Shown in pieces: positions 54,820 through 64,000 of a stretch of 64,000 nt of DNA. The notes under the pieces were generated by a model, which was given only the letters and a program-made list of their open reading frames with translations, was not told the DNA's origin and searched no databases. Position numbers and translations under genes: made by a program. How positions within the stretch are numbered: position 1 is the first letter of the stretch; every line of letters starts with the position of its first letter. Origin of the DNA: Callorhinchus milii (lineage: Eukaryota); NCBI RefSeq assembly GCF_018977255.1, contig NW_024704742.1, forward strand, positions 34,226,001 to 34,290,000, written 5' to 3'.

Positions 54820-55215
54820 CAAGGAACTCTAGCATCATCCACACCATACGTCAGAAGATTGTGGGTTAAAGCACCACGTTAGGACTTTGTCCTCATGGTT
54901 TAGGATGACACTCCAATGCAGCGTTGGGGATGCATTGCATTGTCGAAGGTGCCGACTTCCAAATGCAATGTTAAACTGAGGTCCCATCTGCCAATTTGCA
55001 AAGTGAAGAGAGTTTCTCCTGCTGTCCTGGCCAAGAATACCTCAGATAAAGTTGATCATTTACTTCATGGCTCTTTGTGGGACATTGTTATGTGCAAATT
55101 GACTGCTGAATTCACCTACAAATACATTACACTATACAGTAAATCCAGCGAAGGGTTTGGCAGATATTTCAATGATGTAGGACACTACATCAAATGCATG
55201 TATTATTATCATATT
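54820..55215 (+). mobile_element. Deu-SINE
   Basis: gacactccaatgcagcgttggg...gtcgaaggtgccg...gtcctggccaag; tail atcaaatgcatgtattattat. Confidence 0.75.
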
Positions 55216-56569
55216 ACTACAAAAGAGATCGTAGCCAAGAATAGATGTAGCTTTGTTTACTACCTAGTTCCAGGAATTAATTAAGAATTATTCACAGCTA
55301 ACAAGCAAGCAAGGACATCACAACCTCAATATTTTGCAAGTTCTTTGTCGTATCTTAAAATATAAGATCAACCAGAATTTTAGAAAATATTTTCTAAATT
55401 CTCTGTATGAGTTTCATAATTTTCACTATATTATTTTGTTTTGGGAGTGGTGTATTTTTTGTTAATGGGTACAATCTGCACTTGCAAGTCCACATGAATG
55501 GTTAAACTACTTTAACAGTTATTATATCCCATCTAATTCCTGTTTGGTTCCATTTTTACTTGATTTCATTAAAGTACTGAAGCAATACTTCACAAAGGAA
55601 TTCTAAGAGAATTAAAGATTATTTGGAAGTTATACTTTATTGTCTCACATCTTACTTTTATTATGTGGTTGCAGATAATATAGGTGGAATCAAATATAGT
55701 TATCAAAACACTGTGTGGATTTTAATAATTCTTTCCCTGGAGCTTAAAAATAACAGCCAATAAAATATCAAAGTGCATGGCAGATGTTTACATATAATAT
55801 TGTATGGAGACATCCCCCATGGGTATTTTAAAATATTAATTTATATGCTTTCAAAATGTTAACAATAATAATAATCCTTGCATTTGATATAATGCCTTAT
55901 CATTTTGTTAAGATGTCTCAAAGCATCACAGGATATGCTGTAAAGTGTGGTGACTGTATATTTTGTGGACAAACACAGCCAATTTGTGCACAGCCAAACA
56001 GCCATGGAGTGAATAACCAATTTTATTTGAGATATCATTGGCCAGGAAACTGGAAGAGTCTCCCATGTTAACACAATGTACAATGTAACAAAATATGTCT
56101 GTAAATTAAAAAAATAAATCCAGGTGATTGATGCAATAAAAGGAGCCAAAAACATTATGATGGATTCTAAAAAAATATAGATTTTTGAGTGAAATATTTG
56201 TAACGCCAAAGCAATCAAAGAAAGTACATTGTGCAGATTTTGTGTACAAAATGGGAGACACACAATAAGGAATCATGCAGGTTTCTTTACCAGTTGTGGT
56301 GTGCAAACCATCGGAACTAACGCAGTCGAGTTGAAAAGCATTCATCAAGAAAACACAAATGTTTCTGGTGCCTGGTTGCTGTAAAAAAAACTATTTTTAT
56401 TTAAACTGTATATTCTGACAGAAAATGCCTTTACATTAGTCTGACTTTAAGATTTGGGCTCTGATCGGGCCTCGGGTCAAAGCCGAGATTTCACAAGTTG
56501 GTAAGACCAACAGGAGTTTTACCTGCAGAAAACCCAAAGTGCTTTCTCTGGTGGTGAAGTGTCAGTAAT

Positions 56570-56945
56570 ACTAATAAGAATGCTTCACAGGATTTATTAT
56601 AACATGGAGTGATTGCATACCTTGTGGGCGAATGTGGCAGCCAATTTGCACACAGTAATGTCCCACAAATAACCATGAAGTGAATGCAAATTTTATTTGG
56701 GGAATTTTGGCTAGGGCACTGGGAGAAACTCCTGACTTTTTTTGAATAGTGCCATAGGATTTTTAACATCCACTTTAACAGGCAGACAGGACCTTGGTTT
56801 AATGCCTCATCAGATGAACGGCACCTCCACTAACGCAGGAAAACCCCCAGCAATGCATTGAAGTTTCAGTCTAGACTATATGAGTTCCAAGTCCTGACAT
56901 GGAGCTTTAACCTACAATCTTCTGACTCAGAGGCACAACTGAGTA
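56570..56945 (-). mobile_element. Deu-SINE
   Basis: gaatagtgccataggatttttaacatccac...acggcacctcc...ttctgactcagaggc. Confidence 0.8.
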
Positions 56946-59030
56946 ACTCACTTCATAGCATTTATGGGTTATTGCTGTGTACAAATTGGTCACCCTGTTC
57001 ACCTACAAAATAAACAGTTACTGCACTTTAGAGTGAAGTGCTTTGAGACATCTTCGTAATGTGAAAGGTACTATATCAGAGTCAAGCAGTATTCACTATT
57101 AGTATATTATCTTACAGATAGAGACATCATTGTGATTTTGACTTCAAAACGTTTGTTGTTTGAAGCACTTGCGATAGCTTCCGAATGTGCATATATGATA
57201 TAAATGTAAATTGTGGTTGTTGTTGTTGTTAGTACAAAAATCACTAAAATGAGGCAAGTAGAAGCATGTCCTTTCTTTGCAAAACAAGTTTCAGAAACAT
57301 ATCATTAGTACTGTGATGTAGGTATCTGGGTTTATTGAATGATTTGCTATTGCTCCCTTATGAAGTAGAATTCCCTAGCATTGTAAGTGATCATTATCTA
57401 CTATAAATACTCAGATAAATATCTTATAGTTATTACTATAACTATAGATCTAACACTTCAGTCTAGTAAGAAATAAATAACAGGTCCAAGGTCATTGAGA
57501 TGTCACAGCCCAAACACCACAGAAAATGATGGGCATGATGGATTTTGTAATTTGACCTCTTCAAATGCAATCTTGCCTTGAATTTCTCACATGAGCCACT
57601 CCACATTCCCCAAAATAGCTAGTCTCCATAAAATTATAGCAAGATTGACCATCACAGAGTACCAAAGAGACAGCCAAGAGCATACAAGGAAGGATTCCAT
57701 CCTGTGTACCCAAGGCCTGAAATTTCACCTGGTCTAAGCTTTAAAGGACATTTTGTCTTAAAATTTAAGACTACACAGAATCATAAAAAAAAACTTATAT
57801 TCAGTTTTAATTTGAAAGCCAGTCCTTTGTAAGAGCTGTGAAAAAACAAAATAAGACTAAATTTGTGAATTGTCTATCATTCTTAAGTGTGAAGACAAAA
57901 TGGATTTTCAACAACAACAACAAGATTCCATTTATAGAGCGCCTTTCACGTCAGGAGGACGTCCCAAGGTGCTGTATACATGATACAGCTGATAACTCAA
58001 TCACATTTAAAATGTTTGCAGAAAATAGTTAAACCATTTTAAGATGCATATTATACATTTTAGTAAATAAAAAATACCGAAAATTAATTTGTTTCTTACA
58101 AAGCCATACCTTAATGCACAGAGAGCGAAGGAGAAAGATTGTGAATGCCTAAAACAAGAAAATGGCTTTCAGCATTAAAAATGAGCCCATTGGCACAGTT
58201 GGAAAACTTGTAAAAGCATCAAAAATAGGTTTCAAATCATATCTCATAGAGGGCAAACAATGTAAGGGAGTATGTTCAAGGGTTGGAATTGATACAGAAT
58301 ACATTATTGCCCTGTAATATGCAATGAAATAAAATCTGATATCACTGTACTTCAAATAATTTGGATCAATGGCACCAATTCAAATCATATGATGGAATTG
58401 CAGGGAGCCTTGTCATCTGTCACTCTCTACCATAACACCAGCTTCCAGCACAATAACTCACCATAAATGGAATAATACCTGCCCCATAAACTCAACAGTG
58501 TATATTATATAACATAACATAGACCGGTGTGTGTTTCAAAGATGACATTGATAAACCACTTTGGGGTTTGGATCATCTGACCCTAAACATATGTTACTGC
58601 TTTTACGTCTTTTCCTTATAAAAAAACATATATTTTTAAATTTAAAACAAGACCAAGCAAAAATTTAAAATACCCCCCACAAATATAAAAATTATACGAC
58701 TGCCAGTTATTCCAATTTTAACAATTTTAACCTCCGTATAACTAAACCCAGATAATTCAAGCTTTTTAATCTAATAGTCTGGCATCTATTTCCTTAGTTA
58801 CAAGCAACTACGTCACCAATCTTCTGAGTACATATAAGCATTCTCTTTCTTTTGGTGTCGAGCCTCGTGTGAAGAAAGATGGAAGCAGATTGAATTCATT
58901 CTGATTAACATACCACAATCAGTCCAATTGTTAACTTCTGTGAAATGCATGTTTTTGCTTCAGCCTGGACACTTTAATCTACATAATAATAATAATAATA
59001 ATAATCCTTGCATTTGAAAGAGCGCCTTAT

Positions 59031-59100
59031 TATCAGCACCTTGGGATGTCCTCCCGATGTGAAAGGCGCTATGCAAATGTAATTTTGTATTGTATTGTAT
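59031..59100 (+). mobile_element. 70-bp L2 tail inserted in a - strand SINE tail
   Basis: Host gcgccttat | insert cagcaccttgggatgtcctcccgatgtgaaaggcgct...(ttgta)n | catgtcttctagatgtctc. Confidence 0.85.
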
Positions 59101-59225
59101 CATGTCTTCTAGATGTCTCAAAACGCTTCACAGAATATACTGTAAAATGAATTGACTGTATATTCTGTGGCCAAAACATAGTAGCCAATAACACACATGG
59201 CTGATTAGCATTAATAAAGTGAACG

Positions 59226-59226
59226 T

Positions 59227-59286
<60 letters not shown>

Positions 59287-59310
59287 CCTTCCTTCCTTCC
59301 TTCCTTCCTT
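59226..59310. repeat. Compound microsatellite (TTCT)n(TTGC)n(TTCC)n
   Basis: Directly visible. Confidence 0.97.
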
Positions 59311-59451
59311 CAAAATTAAACCTGCATTTGAGAATTTAAGAATTTCCCAAATTCTGGATCATCTGAAATGGTACATAAATAGTGTCAATTTACAGGTGGT
59401 TCACCACAACATATTTTCAGTGAGAGAATGACTTGATGAGGTGGTTGGTGA

Positions 59452-59870
59452 TAATGTAATCCTTGTGACAGCACCTATCACTTCAGGAAGATGTCTTAAA
59501 GTGCTTTAAAGGATCTTATGTAGGTGTTTTCACTGAGTTTGCTGCAGTGACTGTGTAAAATGTTAGGCTAATCTCACACAACAATGTCCAACAGAAAGCC
59601 CTGAAATTGAATGCCCAATTTGTTTAATCTGGGAAATTGTTGGCCAGATGTAGCTCTCTTCTATTTTCAAATAATGCCATGAGATCTTTAATACCCACTG
59701 ACAGAAATGTTTAACATCTCGTCCAAAGGACTGCACCTCAGGCAATGCAAGTATTCTCCCAGCATTGCATTGGGACGTCATCTCAGACGACCAGCTCAAA
59801 GTCATGACATGGGGGCTTGAACCTACAATGTTCTGATTCAGAGACAAGAGGCAACTATGCCAGGCTGACA
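59452..59870 (-). mobile_element. Deu-SINE
   Basis: aatgccatgagatcttt...catctcgtccaaagga...ggcttgaacctacaatgttctgattcagag. Confidence 0.75.
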
Positions 59871-61659
59871 CATTACAATTCTTGTCATCTCATGGAAACA
59901 TCAGAATTAGATTGTATCAGAGTGAGCTTCTTGCATGCCAGTGTGACAAATCTGTCCCCAATTGTGTGATTCCGATTCCTTATGAAGTGATCCTGTTAAT
60001 ATGTACATCAAATTAGACCCTAAGTTACTTGTTGTTCCTGTTCTGTCGTTCTTTCATAAACTAATGAAAGATTTTCTAAGCCATTGGCATAACCCATGTA
60101 TTTCTGTTTCAGAAACACACACACGCACGCACACACACGCAGTCACATCACATGTCTTCCCCACCAGTATGTTCTGGGAGAGGAATAGACTCTGAAATCA
60201 TGACTTGAATTAAATCTTCTTTCCTGAGACCTGATGTAGCTGCAGTTGGACGTGTCCATCACGTCACAGTTCTTCACCTATGTAATTTTAGTTTTTCTTC
60301 CAAGGGAACCTTAAATCCCCAAAGTTCTCATTGATACAGCCTCTGTCCCAAAGTGCCCAGAATCAAAGCTATCTGATGGAATCCGTGCTGTGAGATGTTA
60401 GAACTTAAGAGTGTTGTGACAGGTGCAGCATATGGACAGGAGAACAGTTCAGTTATCCAAGACCACGCCAGAGAGCTTAGCAGTGGTCTCATCCACACCA
60501 TGTCCAATACAAGAGAGCTCGCAGCTGTCACTGAGCACAGTGGTGTAGTTCTGTAATATCTGGGAGAAAGAATGACTCTGATATGGCTCGCCAAAAAAAC
60601 ACGGCTGGAAGAAAATTGTGCATCAGTAGTTATCATTAAAATCTGCAGCATTACTATCACTACAACCAGTGCATTTAGTTTGTGCAGGTTTCATAGTTAC
60701 AAATTTATGTTGGAGTTTTGTGAAGACTCCAGGTACTTTTTTTGCAAGATACTCTGTGGCTAATGGACATTGCCTCAACACATTATAATTGAATAGCTTT
60801 CCAACAATTTGTTTCACATTGCCTGTAGTTAACTCTTATGAGCCGAAATAATTGAAAGGTTTCTATTTCATATTGAATTCACCAATATGCTCAGCAGTAA
60901 TAATATCTATGAACGTGAACCGATGTACATATTTGAGCTCATGGTGTAGAATAACAATCTACTGCAGTACTGAAAGAATCCTGCATTGTCAAAGGTGCTG
61001 TCCTTCGCACGAGACATTAAACAAGGACCTGTTTAGATGGATGTTAAAAATCCCGTGGCACTATTCAAAAAGAGAGGGGAATTTCTTTTGGCGTCCTTGT
61101 TAATAATCCTCCTTATAAATTTGGCAATTTACTTCATGGCTGTTTGTGGGTCACTGCAGTCCGTAAACTGGCTAGCACATTTGCTTACAAACACAAATAT
61201 ATTGAGTTTTATGACATGTTCATTATTCTATTATAGACATGAGTTTAGATACATTTCTTTACCCTGAATTTTTCTGTTACAGTCTTTCTCCTCAAAGATC
61301 CTCAGTAAAATAATCAAATTTGTCTGAGGAGGAATGAAGTTGGAACTGATCTTTTCATGTTACATTTGAACAAAAAAGGATATATTTTCAGGTTAACTGA
61401 AAACATGATCAGAAAATACTGTCATTCAGAATTCATTAGAGAACAATTGGTGACAATGTGAATTGGTACAAATTCACGCCCAAATCTGAGAGAGGCGAAA
61501 CAAAATCAGCTTAATCCAAAGGGTTCAAACAGCTGCGGCCATACCATGAAAACTTTACAAACGATAATTGCCAACTTAAGTATCCTTTTACTTACTTACT
61601 GTCTGCACTAGGATCTTTGAGTCCATCACCACCTTCTCTCCAGGCTCCCTATCCCTCCT

Positions 61660-62040
61660 TATTGCTTCAAGACCCTCATCATTATCTTTAAATGCTTCCA
61701 ACTTCTGTGATCTCCTTCAGTCCTGCTGACTTGCCCATTCACTCATTCTTTCAACTAGATTATTTCATAGGTCCTGCTCCTTCAGGCTCGCCATTGATGG
61801 GTGAGCTTTCAGCCACTTTGCATCTCTTCTCTGGAACTCTCTTCTGAAATCTCTCCACCTGCTCTCTTTACATTCAAAACACATCTAAAGATTTATCTCT
61901 TTGACTGCCTTTAACTACGTCTTCATTACCGCCCAACTCTCGCCCAACTCTGGCACCCATTCATTCCCTCTTGGTAAAGCACTTTGAGGCGTTCTCTTAT
62001 GTGAAGATACTATATGCAGTAAGTACAATTTGTTCTTGTT
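61660..62040 (+). mobile_element. Old L2 3' fragment
   Basis: ttcaagaccctcatc...gagctttcagccac...ctctggaactctct...aagcactttgaggcg tail. Confidence 0.75.
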
Positions 62041-62309
62041 ATTCCCTGTTGATGTTTAGTCAGAATATCTTGTCATTCAGGACAATGGATAATTTAAAAC
62101 CAACAGATAGTATTGAACAACCCATATTAATGACTGTGGTTACCTGTGATTGATTGCTTTGAAAGACATCCCAATTCTCAGAATAGCTCCTTTGGATGAG
62201 GCCAAAGAATGTAAACCATGAGTGTAAACCTAGGACTGTCTTATCCCATGTCACTATTCAATACCAACAGTAAATTGCATTTATATGTGGCTTTCACATA
62301 GAGTAAGAT

Positions 62310-62625
62310 GGAGTCCTGTAGCTCAGTGGTTACAGCACTCACCTAGCAAGTGAGACACCTGGGTTCAATTCCAGACAGGGCGAAATCTTGGGCAAGTTTC
62401 CTTACTCCACACGCCTAATAATAATCCCTCCAAAAAACAAAAACAATAATAAATTGGTCCTTTTGAATCCATGACTGTTAGTGGGACACTGCTGTGCACA
62501 ATTGGCTGCCGCGTTTCGCCCACAAAATATACGGTCAATTCACTTTACAGTTTATTCTGTGAAGCACTTTCAGATGTTGAGATGACATGAAAAGTGCTAT
62601 ATCAAATGCAAGGATTATTATTATT
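62310..62625 (+). mobile_element. tRNA-Ala-derived SINE, full length, inside a - strand L2 tail
   Basis: GGAGTCCTGTAGCTCAGTGG head; taagat direct repeat at 62304-62309 and 62625-62630 (probable TSD). Confidence 0.9.
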
Positions 62626-63224
62626 AAGATCTCAAAGTCTTTACAATGAGAGGGTTGGACTCTGAGCAAGGGAGAAAGGAGAAGAGGGAGAAAGAAAGAG
62701 GGAGTTGTTTGCAGGCATGTTCGAGGAGTTTTAATGTGGGATTTAAAGATAGATAGAGAGAGGGCAAGACTTTTTGATTCAAAAAGAGAAGGGAGTTTCT
62801 CCCAGTGTCCCGTTCAACAAGACCCCTGATTAATTAATCATTCACCTCAAGCTACAAGAGACTGCAATCATACCCAGCAGATGGAAAAAGATGGCATCAC
62901 TAGAATATGTACTCCTTCACTTCCAACCAATCCCCACCCATCCTACCCACCCCCTCCCCCCCCCACCCCGCCCAGACACACAGTGCAAGAGAATGTTAAT
63001 GTCCCTCACACCATTACCAGTGTTCAGATATTTAGACTTGATGTTTTGCAAAGACTTTTACAAAAATAAGTAAACCAAAATTAAAAACGGGTGCAAAGAA
63101 AATATTTTGCAGATTCGCAAAGATTGAGCCAGAATAAAACGTTCCACTAAGTTTTTGGCCTGTTGTTACCTTGGGTTAGAATAACACATCTCATTAGGAA
63201 AGACCCTCCTTCCTATACATAAGG

Positions 63225-63477
63225 AGAGAAATTCCATCTGCGTCTAGATTCACTCCACTTATGCAGCATTTGAGACTGTATGGAATTTGGCAAAATAATA
63301 ACCACAGTCTTAATTTTGAAGCCAGTTTTCTGTAAATTCTTTCAAGAACTACAGAAAAATGACTTCAAAGTAAAAATTGAATGAAACAGTTTGCCAAATT
63401 CTGGACATGCTACTTTAAAATTTTAAAAAAGCGACATAAACAGAGAGAATAAATCCAGACCCAAGTGAAATTTCTCT
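63225..63477. mobile_element. Palindromic MITE-like element
   Basis: Ends agagaaattccatctgcgtctagatt / aatccagacccaagtgaaatttctct; inner gaatttggcaaa / tttgccaaattc and ttttctgta / tacagaaaa about a centre near 63342. Confidence 0.65.
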
Positions 63478-64000
63478 GCCAAGGGATTTTGCCATTTACA
63501 CTGTTTCTTCACAAATTGAGGGCTTGCTGAATAACTGCAGTAGTAGGGGTGGGGATATGTAATGTGATATTTATCCCCTGTAATAATTATCACAGTTCAA
63601 GACAAGTCAATGTAGGATCTTCCTGACAAAAGGGCTAAGTAAATCTTCGACCTGTTACTGAAAGTGGAACGTACAACAGAATAGCAAATCGTGCGGCTAA
63701 CTACTGTATCATTTAGTGAATGGACACTTAAGCCTCACTTGCGGTACATGCCACTTCACCAAGTTAATAATGACAAATCATGCAACCAATGAATCAAAAT
63801 AACCTCCGAGGTCAGGAGGTCGACAATAGAGCAGCAATTTTTGAAAGTTCTTTGGGGGAATTGTTTAAATTTCTGTAAACATTTTTAATTTGGTTGTTTG
63901 TTCCTGTAATTAGAAATTGGTGGTCAATAGCTCTAAGCATTACAGCCAGTCAGTCACACAGCAATGATATGGGTTGTTACTTGGTGGCTGTGTATGTGTC

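Noticed and set aside
1..64000. CRISPR arrays, operons or prokaryotic defence systems
   Set aside because: The DNA is vertebrate-like; there are no regularly spaced repeat-spacer arrays or long intact ORFs.

Overview
Eukaryotic, AT-rich, repeat-dense DNA with no prokaryotic features and no host gene I can name. The repeat content points to a cartilaginous fish (inference; a holocephalan such as Callorhinchus is plausible): many 5'-truncated L2 and CR1 LINE 3' ends, RTE/RTEX-like RT fragments, SacSINE1-like Deu-domain SINEs, a younger tRNA-Ala-headed SINE with an L2-type tail, AmnSINE2-like fossils and palindromic elements. The window looks intronic or intergenic; most listed ORFs are retroelement remnants or chance. 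One weak candidate exon chain lies at 112-2717 (- strand). Best observations: (1) three fossil Penelope-like elements with decayed minimal hammerhead-ribozyme cores; (2) four independent insertions at the same position of the L2/SINE 3' tail hairpin; (3) head, body and tail module exchange among SINEs; (4) palindromic MITE-like elements. I found no convincing new biological system. Family names come from recalled consensus motifs, not database searches, and boundaries of old repeats are approximate.
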